From assembly GCA_947038265.1 (NCBI GenBank), contig CAMQVP010000001.1:188968-252967 (forward strand): a stretch of DNA of 64,000 nucleotides, in the 5' to 3' direction. The position numbers were made by a program, and so were the translations under genes. This stretch comes from an uncultured Roseburia sp. (GTDB lineage Bacteria; Bacillota; Clostridia; Lachnospirales; Lachnospiraceae). Below are positions 9,606 to 19,617 of the stretch, in pieces. Positions within the stretch are counted from its first letter, which is position 1. Each line of letters begins with the position of its first letter. The notes below the pieces were generated by a model that saw only the letters and a program-made list of their open reading frames with translations, had not been told where the DNA came from and did no database searches.

Positions 9606-11210
9606 CTATCTTCCATTCGCCGGTTCAATATTAATCTCTTTCCCCTTAATTTTTGCATGGCTCATTGACTGAAGAACTTTTTTCCCATATTCCAATGGCA
9701 CTTCCACAAATGTAAATTTATCATACATATCAATCGCGCCGACCAAATCGCCTGAAATTCCAGATTCGCCTGCGACTGCGCCTAAAATATCTCCCGGTTT
9801 TACCTTCTGTTTCTTTCCAATATTGATAAACAGACGGACCATTCCACTCTCCGCTCCAGTATCCCCAAAGGAAAATCTGCTGTCTGCCCCATATCCCTCC
9901 GGAGCCGCAGCCGTCTCTAAACCGCCAATTGCCTGTTTTAAAAATGCGGCTGCAATGTCCATTGCTGTATAATCTGATTCATTGATCTGTTTTTCAATGA
10001 AATTAATCATCTTCTGTAAGTTTTCTTCTTCAATAATGGTCTCAATCTTATCCATCACTTTTTCCGCGCGCATCTGCGCTACGTCCTGAGACGACGGCAC
10101 CGGCTGCGCAAAAATCTTAGTCTTGCAGTAACGCATAATGTCTTTCAGCTTATACACCTCTTTGCCCCTGACAAAACTAAACGCTTTGCCTGCGCGGCCT
10201 GCGCGGCCTGTCCTGCCGATACGGTGTACATAATACTCATCGTCCTGCGGAATGTCATAGTTAAAAACAGCTTCCACATAATCAATGTCAAGCCCTCTTG
10301 CCGCAACGTCCGTCGCAATCAAAATATCCGTCTTGCCCGTCCGAAAGTTCGCCATCACGCGGTCTCTTTGCGCCTGCTTCATATCGCCATGCAGACCTTC
10401 CGCAAAATAACCGCGCATCGTCAGCTCATGGGAAAGCTCGTCCACCATACGCTTCGTATTGCAAAACACAATAGATCCCTTTGGATTATAGTAATCCAAA
10501 AGCCGCGTCAAAACTTCCGTCTTATCTTTGCGTTTCACATCATAATAATACTGCTCAATATTTGAAACAGTAAGCTCCTTTTTGACAACCTTAATCGTCA
10601 CTGCATCCTTTTGGTATTTTCTCGTGATTTCCAAAATCGGTTTCGGCATAGTCGCGGAAAACAGCACTGTCTGACGTTCTTCCGGTATATATTCCAAAAT
10701 CGTTTCAATGTCTTCACGAAAGCCCATATTCAGCATTTCATCTGCTTCGTCAAGCACAATCATTCTCACGTCCTCACAGCGGATCGTCTTTCTGCGCAAA
10801 TGATCCATCACACGGCCGGGCGTCCCAACTATCACCTGTATCCCGCCCTTTAAGGAACGGATCTGTTTCGAAATATCCTGTCCGCCGTATACAGGCAGGA
10901 TTTTCACGCCGTGCATATATTTGCTCAAATTGCGGAGTTCCTCCGCCACCTGAATCGCCAGTTCCCTTGTCGGTGACAAAATAAGAGCCTGTGTTTTCTT
11001 CAGCTCACTGTCCATATTCTGTAACATCGGGATGCCAAACGCCGCCGTCTTTCCGGTTCCCGTCTGCGCCTGCCCGATTACGTCGCTGCCGCTCATAACT
11101 ACCGGTATCGCCTGAGACTGAATCGGCGTCGCTTCCTCAAACCCCATCTCCTCTATACCGCGTAAAATTTCGGGCAAAAGCCCTAACTCCTCAAATTTCA
11201 TTGTTTCCAT
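9606..11210 (-). CDS. cshA: DEAD-box ATP-dependent RNA helicase
   Basis: Motifs: Q motif, Walker A 'AQTGTGKT', 'VLDEADEML' (DEAD), 'SAT', 'HRIGRTGRAG', plus a C-terminal DbpA-like RNA-binding extension. Confidence 0.9.
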   Translation of the reverse strand: METMKFEELGLLPEILRGIEEMGFEEATPIQSQAIPVVMSGSDVIGQAQTGTGKTAAFGIPMLQNMDSELKKTQALILSPTRELAIQVAEELRNLSKYMHGVKILPVYGGQDISKQIRSLKGGIQVIVGTPGRVMDHLRRKTIRCEDVRMIVLDEADEMLNMGFREDIETILEYIPEERQTVLFSATMPKPILEITRKYQKDAVTIKVVKKELTVSNIEQYYYDVKRKDKTEVLTRLLDYYNPKGSIVFCNTKRMVDELSHELTMRGYFAEGLHGDMKQAQRDRVMANFRTGKTDILIATDVAARGLDIDYVEAVFNYDIPQDDEYYVHRIGRTGRAGRAGKAFSFVRGKEVYKLKDIMRYCKTKIFAQPVPSSQDVAQMRAEKVMDKIETIIEEENLQKMINFIEKQINESDYTAMDIAAAFLKQAIGGLETAAAPEGYGADSRFSFGDTGAESGMVRLFINIGKKQKVKPGDILGAVAGESGISGDLVGAIDMYDKFTFVEVPLEYGKKVLQSMSHAKIKGKEINIEPANGR

Positions 11211-11511
11211 AAACTTCCTTTCTATGATCGATTAACTGTTGCTTTGCCTGCCTGCTTAACCGCTTAATCTCCGCTTCCCTTCGCATCGCCTGCTGTTTCG
11301 TCTCAGCTTCTTCCGCATATGCCAGCTTAACCGGAAGACGGGATCTTGTGTATTTAGCTCCTTTTTTAGCATTATGCTTGGCAACCCGCTTTTCCACATC
11401 CGTCGTCCAGCCCGTGTAAAAGGTGCCGTCACTACATTCTACGATATAAACGTAACTTCTCTTTTTTGGTTCGTCCATCTTATCCGCGCTTTCATCAGGC
11501 TTACTTTCCAA
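11191..11511 (-). CDS. GIY-YIG nuclease family protein (UPF0213-like)
   Basis: 'YVYIVECSDGTFYTGWTTDVEKRVAKHN' matches the GIY-YIG core. The gene overlaps the helicase start by 20 nt. Confidence 0.8.
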   Translation of the reverse strand: MESKPDESADKMDEPKKRSYVYIVECSDGTFYTGWTTDVEKRVAKHNAKKGAKYTRSRLPVKLAYAEEAETKQQAMRREAEIKRLSRQAKQQLIDHRKEVYGNNEI

Positions 11512-11748
11512 TAAAATAGAAAAAACGTTCTATGCTGTTACCGAAGGTCTTCCTGCGGCTGATAATCATACATAAAACGTCTTGTCTGCATAAATACCAA
11601 CGCCTATTATACGTTGTATAACCTGAAATATCAAGGAAAATTTTATTTTTCGTGGAAATAGGCATTATTTTGCGAAAAAACGCCAAAACAAAAAATGCGG
11701 CAAAAGCCATACATTTCTGCTTTTGCCACATTCCTCTTTAGGAAACTG

Positions 11749-12573
11749 TTACTGGAAAAATTCTACGGGATCGATAGGAACTCCGTCTTTTTCCAACGCA
11801 AAATAGACGTTGCTCCCCTCCAGAGAATAATATTTCGTCGGTTCATTCACAAAACCAATCGTATTTCCGGCTTCAATGTAGGCGCCCGTTTCATATGGCA
11901 CCTCTTTTAACTGTCCATAAACTGCCGTATAACCGTCTCCAATATCCATAGTCACCGTACAGCCCGTCACTTCATTCGTGGAAATATCCGTTATTTTCCC
12001 ACTTGCGGCCGCTTTTACCTTGTCATTGACATTTCCTGCGATAATCACAGCTGGATTGTACTTATATTGGTCAAGCGTCATAAAATGCACAGTTTGATCC
12101 ATACTGTAATCCAAAATCACAGATCCTGAAACCGGCCATAAAAGCCCTGCGGATGCATCAAAATGAATCTCTGCGGGCGGCGCGTTTTTCACCGCTGACG
12201 TTTCCGCTGTTTCTTCCGTTTTACTTGGTTCCGCTTCTTCTGCTTTCGCTGTGTTCACTTCCACCTTCCGGATCACTTCTTCCCGTTTCGGATGAATCAC
12301 GGCAGACACGCTTTTTGTTTCTTCCATGTCTTCCGATTCTGTTTCCGCCGGAAGTTCCTTCTCTGGTTCCTTTTGGCTGACAACTGTCCGTTTCGTCTCG
12401 TTTGGCTGCTCTGCCGCCACCTGCTGTTTTGGTTCTTCCTTTGTTTCCCTTCTGTTTAGCATGTACACGCCAGTTACGCCTAAAACAGCTGCTATAATAC
12501 ATACTGCCGCTATTTTATACTGGTTTCTCCGGAAAAAATTCCCTCGTCTCATTTTATCACCATCCATAGTCAT
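11749..12573 (-). CDS. M23 family metallopeptidase (membrane-anchored, LytM-like)
   Basis: N-terminal TM segment, a low-complexity Glu/Lys/Thr linker, and a C-terminal M23 fold ('GxYIEAGNTIGFV', 'GSNVYFALEKDGVPIDP'). Confidence 0.7.
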   Translation of the reverse strand: MTMDGDKMRRGNFFRRNQYKIAAVCIIAAVLGVTGVYMLNRRETKEEPKQQVAAEQPNETKRTVVSQKEPEKELPAETESEDMEETKSVSAVIHPKREEVIRKVEVNTAKAEEAEPSKTEETAETSAVKNAPPAEIHFDASAGLLWPVSGSVILDYSMDQTVHFMTLDQYKYNPAVIIAGNVNDKVKAAASGKITDISTNEVTGCTVTMDIGDGYTAVYGQLKEVPYETGAYIEAGNTIGFVNEPTKYYSLEGSNVYFALEKDGVPIDPVEFFQ

Positions 12574-12635
12574 ATTAGCTGTTACCGTTCAGTAACTCTT
12601 GCTGACTATAGTCTGTGCGTATTTTTTACTTTTAT

Positions 12636-13565
12636 TCAATCATACTGTGTAACAAATTCAATTCCTGAATAAAAATATTTCAAAATCTCTTTGTAGGAAA
12701 ATCCATCTTTCGCTAATTCATTGGCTCCATGCAGGCTCACGCCTAATCCATGCCCAAGCCCTTTCGTCGTAACGCGGATTTCCCCATCCACTTCCTTCAA
12801 AGAAAAATTAGAAGAATTCCAGCCATACAACAAACGCGCTTCCTCACCTGAATGCGGCTTTCCGTCAATCACCACTTCCGTAACATAACCGGCTTTATCC
12901 CTCTTTGATATAGAGATTTTTTCCATAAAGCCAGAAGCTGACATCTCTGCGGCCGCCGCTTTCGTCTCGTCCGTAAACAGTTCCCCTCCTTTCGCAATAA
13001 GCTCATTTGGAGTATAAAATATGACTTTTAAAAAATCTTCGCCAATTATATCCATACGGCTGTCTATGCTTTTTAAATAAGGAAAATCTTCGTTTCCATA
13101 GACTTCCGCGGCGTCTCTTGTATAGCCTGCGCTGATTTTATGAAAGTCCGCCTGAATATACGAGCCGTTATATACCATGGAAACCCCTTTTGTCGCTTCA
13201 ATGCTGCTTTCAAGCAGACTGTACCGTTCAGAAAAATTCTCCTGCCCCCAAAGCCGGACCATTTCGCCCTTTGTCAGCCCTTCCGGCAAACTTTCACCGC
13301 GTTCCATTGCCCTTAGACAGTTTGTCCTTGCAATTACTGCCTGCGCTTTTATCGCTTCCGGTTCCGTATCCATAGAAATCTCATTTGCCACAATTCCACG
13401 CAAAAAATCTTCGTTCAACTCGCCTTCCTGTTCTTCCGTTGACGGCATAAATGAGAGATTTTCCGCAGAATCCGTTCCCGTTCCCTGAATCAAAAGCGTC
13501 ACAACAATCGGGATTAGTAAAAAAAATGCAATTCCGCAAAAAATTTGATAGAAAAATCGCTTCAT
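12636..13565 (-). CDS. SpoIID/LytB domain protein
   Basis: N-terminal TM segment and the C-terminal motif 'KGLGHGLGVSLHGANELAKDGFSYKEILKYFY', the SpoIID GHGxGxSQxGA-like signature. Confidence 0.6.
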   Translation of the reverse strand: MKRFFYQIFCGIAFFLLIPIVVTLLIQGTGTDSAENLSFMPSTEEQEGELNEDFLRGIVANEISMDTEPEAIKAQAVIARTNCLRAMERGESLPEGLTKGEMVRLWGQENFSERYSLLESSIEATKGVSMVYNGSYIQADFHKISAGYTRDAAEVYGNEDFPYLKSIDSRMDIIGEDFLKVIFYTPNELIAKGGELFTDETKAAAAEMSASGFMEKISISKRDKAGYVTEVVIDGKPHSGEEARLLYGWNSSNFSLKEVDGEIRVTTKGLGHGLGVSLHGANELAKDGFSYKEILKYFYSGIEFVTQYD

Positions 13566-14132
13566 ATTATCAATATATGAAAGAACTCTTTAGATTATTC
13601 CACGCTTTTCCTTCCTTGTTTCTTTTAAATGCGACGAGTTTTACACGCAATTATCCCTAATTGAACGCGAATTAAAACACTATAAATCATATTTCCTCAA
13701 TAAAACCGTTTTATGCAACTGCGACGACCCGTTTGAAAGCAACTTTTTCAAATACTTCGCCATAAACTTCCAATCCCTCGGTCTAAAAAAACTGATTGCC
13801 ACCTGTTACGCTTCTTCCCCTATTCTTTACACCCAGCTCACTTTATTCGGCAAAGACGAGCTTTTTGGCGCACAGGAAGGCAAAAAGACGCACTCTTGAA
13901 ACGGCTCTAAGATGGATAGGAGATCGTAAGCATATTGAAACTGAAGATTAATTTCCTAAGCGTAATTAACTGGGTAAAAACCGTTTTCCCGATTTGCCGG
14001 CGGGAAATGAAAGGGCTATGAATACTTATTAGACAGAAACGAAAAACATCTGAGCATACGCGCCCAAAAAACTGCCAAATGCTCTGTGAATCCTGCAACA
14101 GACAAAAAAGCGATATTTGATCTTCCCCTTAT

Positions 14133-15002
14133 TTAAGGCAGTTCTCTTTTAAATAAATCGCTTAAACGGGCAAATTGTTCCAAAGAAAGCGTTTCCCCAC
14201 GGACTGTTTCCGAAACGCCCAGTTCTTTTATACACTCTTGTATCCGCTCTTTTGTAAGCGGAAACACACCAGAATTGGCAAGGCCATTCGCCAGCGTCTT
14301 TCTCCTCTGGTTAAAAGAAGCCCGTATCAAACGAAACATCAGTTTTTCATCTTCTGTCTGCACAACCGGCGTTTCATGCCTCATCAGGCGGATCACTGCG
14401 CTCCCCACCTTTGGCCTTGGCATAAAGCAATTTGGCGGCACATTTGCGACAATTTCCGCTTCTGCATAATACTGCACAGCAAGGGAAAGCGCGCCATACT
14501 CTTTGCCGCCCGCCTGAGCCTGCATACGTTCCGCCACTTCTTTTTGCACCATAATCGTAATGCTTTGCGCCGGAAGGCGGCTTTCGAGCAAGCCCATGAC
14601 AATCGGCGTTGTAATGTAATAGGGAAGGTTCGCCACAACTTTAAACGGACGGTTTCCATTCTTCTTTTGAACCATTTCTTTTAAATCCAGCTTCAAAACA
14701 TCTGCATGAATGACCTCCACATTATCATAGGCGCTTAAGGTGTCTTTTAACACAGGAATCAAATTCCCGTCGATTTCCACTGCCGCCACTTCTCTTGCCG
14801 CTTCACACAGATACTGTGTCATCGCGCCAATCCCCGGCCCGATTTCCAACACAAAATCTTCTTTCCCGATATGAGCGGCGCGGATAATTTTTTCCAACAC
14901 ATGGGGATCGATCAAGAAGTTTTGACCGTACTTTTTTTGGAAATGAAACTGATACTTTTGTAATACCGCGATGGTATGTTTTGGATTGCCTAAATCTGCC
15001 AT
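14133..15002 (-). CDS. rsmA: 16S rRNA (adenine1518/1519-N6)-dimethyltransferase
   Basis: 'QNFLIDPHVLEKII', SAM motif 'LEIGPGIGAMT', and a length of 289 aa. Confidence 0.9.
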   Translation of the reverse strand: MADLGNPKHTIAVLQKYQFHFQKKYGQNFLIDPHVLEKIIRAAHIGKEDFVLEIGPGIGAMTQYLCEAAREVAAVEIDGNLIPVLKDTLSAYDNVEVIHADVLKLDLKEMVQKKNGNRPFKVVANLPYYITTPIVMGLLESRLPAQSITIMVQKEVAERMQAQAGGKEYGALSLAVQYYAEAEIVANVPPNCFMPRPKVGSAVIRLMRHETPVVQTEDEKLMFRLIRASFNQRRKTLANGLANSGVFPLTKERIQECIKELGVSETVRGETLSLEQFARLSDLFKRELP

Positions 15003-15260
15003 ACTTTCCTCACTTTATGTTTTACTAAAAATATCGTAACAGATTACTTGATTTGCCGCAATAAAAATTTGGGCGCTTCAAAACGTCTGACGTCAGTGTT
15101 TTACAATATATTCTCTCTTTGTTCATACTCTATTCATATAAGATTGCTATGCTGATGACATCAAAGAAACAGTTTCTCAGTCATGTGGTATTTTTTGATT
15201 TCTTCATAATTGCCCCAGCGTTTTGATCTTCAAAACACTGGGGCGCTCCTCATTTTCCCA

Positions 15261-15509
15261 CTAATTATAGCTTCTTTTTAATGCCTGCGCAAAACAAAGC
15301 TGGCCAGTTTTGGTGTATCCAATCGTTTTTCCTTCCAAAAGGCGGTTTTCCTGTAACTGTTTCGTCTTTTCCTCTAAAACCGCCCTAAACTCCTGCTGAT
15401 TGCCAGACTGGCGTTCTTCCTGCCTGCGCTGTGAAGTCGAATCCGCCATTCCTGAAACTAACATTACCGAAGAAACTCTAAAATATCCTTCATATCCGTA
15501 TGCGGCCAA
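15261..15509 (-). CDS. Small hypothetical protein (82 aa)
   Basis: ORF only. No recognisable motif was seen, so it may be spurious. Confidence 0.2.
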   Translation of the reverse strand: MAAYGYEGYFRVSSVMLVSGMADSTSQRRQEERQSGNQQEFRAVLEEKTKQLQENRLLEGKTIGYTKTGQLCFAQALKRSYN

Positions 15510-15586
15510 TCCCTCCTTAAATTAGATTTGTTACTCTATATATCGTCTGACTATTTCTTTTTCTTAAGTAAATTATCTAAATTTAT

Positions 15587-16441
15587 TTAAAATCTTCCAT
15601 TCCAATTATCATCAATCCCATTCCATTTCCAGCCATTGGCTTCTTCCGCATAAAATGCCACCGCCAAATATTGGTACGGGCTGACTAATTTTAATGCATC
15701 GTACACATAACGGAGTGGAATCCACGTCCTGTTTTTTTCAGGGTTCCCCGGCTCTGCTAAAAGAACCAAATCGGTATCTTCCTGATAGAGCCAGATATTC
15801 ACATAATGCCCCGGCGTATTTTGCCAGTATGTGGCGTCATAATTACTGCTGACTAAGACGATTGCCGACTGCGTATGCTTCATCTGCTCCTGAAATTCCT
15901 CATACGTTGCAGGTTTTACACACAAACTACATGAAAATCCGGCAGCCGTAAGCGTCGTCTGCATATCTTCCCAGCCGATTGCGCCGCTTTCACTGCTGGG
16001 GTAGTAAAGGGAAGCCTGCGTCGCAAATTCATACATATCCCATGGAGAACATTCATAACCAGACAAAGTGCTGTAAATATTCGCCATACAGCACAGACCA
16101 CAGCCAAACGCGCCAAACGAATTTCCCTGAACCAGCCTTTCACACCAGTCGCCAGACCACGGCCACTTTTCCCGATACGCCCTTGGCCCCTGTAAAAAGG
16201 TATAAACCAGAGACGCTTTTTCCTCTACGGTCAAACGAACTATCTGTAAATCCTTCGGAATAATGCCCGCCTCAAAAATATGTTCCTGAAACGCCATGGC
16301 AACTCCGGCAGACGAATCATGAAATTCGTAAACTGCCTCCCGTTTCGTCTCCGGCTCTTTTCCGTCCTTTACGCCAAAAGTAAGACACAGCAAAAAACAT
16401 TCCAATATCAGAACGGATCTAAAGACCCTTTTTTTATACAT
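15587..16441 (-). CDS. Secreted hypothetical protein, possibly a C39-like/papain-like cysteine peptidase domain
   Basis: Signal peptide. 'GAFGCGLCCMANIYS' resembles the Peptidase_C39_2 catalytic-Cys region. This is a low-certainty call. Confidence 0.35.
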   Translation of the reverse strand: MYKKRVFRSVLILECFLLCLTFGVKDGKEPETKREAVYEFHDSSAGVAMAFQEHIFEAGIIPKDLQIVRLTVEEKASLVYTFLQGPRAYREKWPWSGDWCERLVQGNSFGAFGCGLCCMANIYSTLSGYECSPWDMYEFATQASLYYPSSESGAIGWEDMQTTLTAAGFSCSLCVKPATYEEFQEQMKHTQSAIVLVSSNYDATYWQNTPGHYVNIWLYQEDTDLVLLAEPGNPEKNRTWIPLRYVYDALKLVSPYQYLAVAFYAEEANGWKWNGIDDNWNGRF

Positions 16442-17867
16442 TTATTTCTGCCTTTACGCCCAATAACGCTTCATTTTCTTTTAGAATCGGAGAAATGACT
16501 TCTTTTAAAAACTGATCTACCTGTCTTGGCGCCCGCCCTACATATTTAGACGGATCCATAGAAGCCTTTAATTCCTCTAACGTCAGCATAAAAGACGGAT
16601 CTGCCGCAATCAGCTCCAACAGATTATTTTCTTTTCCTTCTTGTTTTACATTTGCCCCTGCTTCCATTGAAAGCTTCCTGATTTTCTCATGCAGTTCCTG
16701 ACGGTCGCCGCCTTTTTTCACTGCATCCATCATAATATTTTCTGTCGCCATAAACGGCAGTTCCGCCATCAGATGTTTCGTAATGACTTTATCATAGACC
16801 ACAAGGCCGTCCACAACGTTTAGGCATAAATCCAATATGCCGTCCGTCGCCAGAAACGCTTCCGGAATGCTTAACCGTTTATTTGCCGAATCGTCAAGCG
16901 TCCGCTCAAACCACTGCGTCGCGGAAGTAACCGCCGGATTCAGCGCATCGATCATCACATAACGCGCAAGAGAGCCAATTCTCTCACTTCTCATAGGATT
17001 GCGTTTATACGCCATGGCAGACGATCCGATTTGATTCTTTTCAAACGGTTCTTCCACCTCTTTTAAATGCTGCAATAAACGTATATCATTTGACATCTTA
17101 TAAGCGCTTGCCGCAATCCCCGCCAAAACATTCACTGCCCTTGCATCCACTTTTCTGGAATACGTCTGCCCTGACACGGCATAACAATCCCTAAATCCCA
17201 TCTTTTCAGCAATCATCGGATCGATCTTGTCCACTTTTTCATTATCCCCGTCAAACAATTCTAAAAAACTCGCCTGCGTGCCCGTCGTCCCTTTCGATCC
17301 AAGCAGTTTCAAACTGTCCATTACATACGAAAGATCCTCAAAATCCATTTGAAACTCCAAAAGCCAGAGCGTCGCGCGTTTGCCAACCGTCGTCGGCTGC
17401 GCAGGCTGGAAATGGGTAAACGCCAAAGTCGGCAGGCTCTTATATTTGTCTGCAAAACGGGATAATTTTTCCATTACATTAACCAGTTTCTTTTTAATCA
17501 AACGGAACGCTTCCGCCATCACGATAATATCCGTATTGTCCCCCACATAGCAAGACGTTGCGCCCAGATGAATAATCCCCTTCGCTTTCGGGCACTGCCG
17601 CCCATATGCGTACACATGGGACATAACGTCATGGCGGACAATCTTTTCACGTTCTTTTGCAACGTCAAAATTAATGTCATCTTTATGCGCTTTTAATTCT
17701 TCAATCTGTTCTTCACTGATCGCAATGCCAAGTTCCCTCTCCGTCTCCGCCAATGCAATCCATAATTTTCTCCATGTCCGAAACTTCATTTCCGGTGAAA
17801 AAATATACTGCATTTCCTTACTGGCATAACGCTCAGACAATGGGCTTACATATCTATCTGTACTCAT
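16434..17867 (-). CDS. purB: Adenylosuccinate lyase
   Basis: The N-terminus 'RYASKEMQYIFSPEMKFRTWRKLWIALAE', a fumarate-lyase signature, and a length of 477 aa. Confidence 0.9.
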   Translation of the reverse strand: MSTDRYVSPLSERYASKEMQYIFSPEMKFRTWRKLWIALAETERELGIAISEEQIEELKAHKDDINFDVAKEREKIVRHDVMSHVYAYGRQCPKAKGIIHLGATSCYVGDNTDIIVMAEAFRLIKKKLVNVMEKLSRFADKYKSLPTLAFTHFQPAQPTTVGKRATLWLLEFQMDFEDLSYVMDSLKLLGSKGTTGTQASFLELFDGDNEKVDKIDPMIAEKMGFRDCYAVSGQTYSRKVDARAVNVLAGIAASAYKMSNDIRLLQHLKEVEEPFEKNQIGSSAMAYKRNPMRSERIGSLARYVMIDALNPAVTSATQWFERTLDDSANKRLSIPEAFLATDGILDLCLNVVDGLVVYDKVITKHLMAELPFMATENIMMDAVKKGGDRQELHEKIRKLSMEAGANVKQEGKENNLLELIAADPSFMLTLEELKASMDPSKYVGRAPRQVDQFLKEVISPILKENEALLGVKAEINV

Positions 17868-17888
17868 GCTTTTTCTCCTTTTCCTCTG

Positions 17889-18761
17889 TTACGAAAACTT
17901 TTCTCCCGTCAACAATTCATACGCTTCCTCATACTTCTCTACAGTTTTTGCCACAATCTCCTCCGGCAGCGTATCCGCGCCGTCTTCCTGTCCTTTTAAC
18001 CAGTCTCTTACAAACTGCTTGTCAAAAGAAGGCTGCGGCCTGCCGGATTCATAACCTTTCAGCGGCCAAAAACGGGAGCTGTCCGGCGTCAGCATTTCAT
18101 CTGCAAGCATAACGGCTCCATTTTCATCAAGCCCAAATTCAAACTTCGTGTCTGCAATAATAATCCCTTTCCCCAGCGCGTATTCTGCGCACTTCTTATA
18201 TAAAGCAATCGTATAATCTCTGATTTTCTCTGCGTACTCCGCCCCTCTCTGCGGATAAAGCTTCTTTAAAATCTCCACGCTTCCTTCAAATGTAATATGC
18301 TCATCATGCAGTCCAATCTCCGCTTTCGTCGTCGGCGTATAGATAGGTTCCGGAAGCTGCGCGGATTCCTCTAAACCTTCCGGCAGGCGGATGCCGCAGA
18401 CACAGCCGTCCTTTTGGTAACTTTCCCAGCCGCTTCCTGTAATATACCCCCTCACAATACATTCCACCGGAAGCATTTCCAACTTTTTACACTTCATGCT
18501 GTTTCCATCAAACGCAGCCGTCCTAAAATGCTCCGGCATATCCGACGTATCCGTAGAAATCATATGGTTCGGCACAATATCCCTCGTAAAATCAAACCAA
18601 AATTTCGACATTTTCGTTAAAATCGCGCCCTTTTTTGTAATTTCATTTTTTAATATACGGTCAAACGCAGATATTCTGTCAGTGGCAACCATCACAATGC
18701 TGTCCCCTGTGTCATATACTTCGCGCACTTTTCCTTCTTTCATTGGTTTTAACTCTTTCAT
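17889..18761 (-). CDS. purC: Phosphoribosylaminoimidazole-succinocarboxamide (SAICAR) synthase
   Basis: 'GKVREVYDTGDSIVMVATDRISAFD'. The 290-aa length fits the long clostridial/yeast-type form. Confidence 0.9.
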   Translation of the reverse strand: MKELKPMKEGKVREVYDTGDSIVMVATDRISAFDRILKNEITKKGAILTKMSKFWFDFTRDIVPNHMISTDTSDMPEHFRTAAFDGNSMKCKKLEMLPVECIVRGYITGSGWESYQKDGCVCGIRLPEGLEESAQLPEPIYTPTTKAEIGLHDEHITFEGSVEILKKLYPQRGAEYAEKIRDYTIALYKKCAEYALGKGIIIADTKFEFGLDENGAVMLADEMLTPDSSRFWPLKGYESGRPQPSFDKQFVRDWLKGQEDGADTLPEEIVAKTVEKYEEAYELLTGEKFS

Positions 18762-18826
18762 CGTTTCACATTCCTCCTAATGTTTTTTTCAAGTATATAC
18801 TTTGCATATGTGAAAAGTCAATCCCA

Positions 18827-18855
18827 TTGTTATTCTCCCAAATATGTAATATACT
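18827..18855 (+). promoter_or_regulatory. Candidate sigma-A promoter TTGTTA-17-TATACT for the 189-aa ORF
   Basis: -35 element at 18827-18832 and -10 element at 18850-18855. A GGAGG ribosome-binding site lies at ~18910, ahead of the ATG at 18920. Confidence 0.35.
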
Positions 18856-18919
18856 TTACTTATATTTTACTGTTTTACCATAAAAGGCAAAAAAGCGAAA
18901 AAACACTTGGAGGAAAACT

Positions 18920-19489
18920 ATGCCAGAGAAATCTGTAAGAAGCATTGAAGAACAAATTCAAGATTTAGCAAAAAAACAGCTTGCAGGCGAAAAGTATTAT
19001 TTAAAAACCGAACCGATAAATTCTGAAATCGAAAATGCCTTAAAAAAAGCCCCGTCCAAAAGCGGCGGTTTCGGCGCAAATATCCCAAACATTAAAATAT
19101 TTTTAGAAACAAAACAAATGAGAATAATCCCTGTAATGATTGAAGTCAAAGGAAAAAAAGGAAACTTTATAAAATTAACTGCCGACGGCAAAGTAGACAA
19201 CAAGAAAAAAGACGGCGCAGAAAATTTCACAAACGTAAATAAATATGCAGTGAATGGAGCTGTCCACTATGCAAACGCTATCGTAGAACATAGCATTAGT
19301 TATAAAGAAGCGGTTGCTGTTGGCATAAATGGTTACTATGATGAAAGCGACATGTTGACAACTGAAATTGACTATGATTTTATTGAATCATTTATAAAAG
19401 CCCAAAACAAGTTATTAATAAAAGACGTAATAAAATACAAAAACAAAAACCTGCCCAAACTTCCTTCCGTCCCCCAACCCCCAAGATAG
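18920..19489 (+). CDS. Lys-rich hypothetical protein (189 aa), an orphan convergent with the phosphoesterase gene
   Basis: Good RBS ('ggaggaaaactATG'). A possible PD-(D/E)xK-like core 'IIPVMIEVKGKKG' is speculative. The protein ends with the Pro-rich 'KLPSVPQPPR'. Confidence 0.4.
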   Translation: MPEKSVRSIEEQIQDLAKKQLAGEKYYLKTEPINSEIENALKKAPSKSGGFGANIPNIKIFLETKQMRIIPVMIEVKGKKGNFIKLTADGKVDNKKKDGAENFTNVNKYAVNGAVHYANAIVEHSISYKEAVAVGINGYYDESDMLTTEIDYDFIESFIKAQNKLLIKDVIKYKNKNLPKLPSVPQPPR

Positions 19490-19614
19490 AAGCGAAACCA
19501 TCTTCCACACAGACCATTATAAGCCGCCGGTTCTTAGTGAGGTTTTTTACGAACTTAGAACCGCTGCGAGCTTATCTGAGCAAAAGCGGGTCTGTTTGGA
19601 AGATGATTTCGCTT
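19490..19614. repeat. Long-range inverted repeat (26-nt arms, 24/26 matching) enclosing a smaller hairpin. It lies between convergent genes and may be a bidirectional terminator or a miniature inverted-repeat element.
   Basis: 'aagcgaaaccatcttccacacagacc' at 19490-19515 pairs with 'ggtctgtttggaagatgatttcgctt' at 19589-19614. An inner GGTTCT..AGAACC hairpin sits at ~19530-19560. Confidence 0.5.
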
Positions 19615-19617
19615 CCC

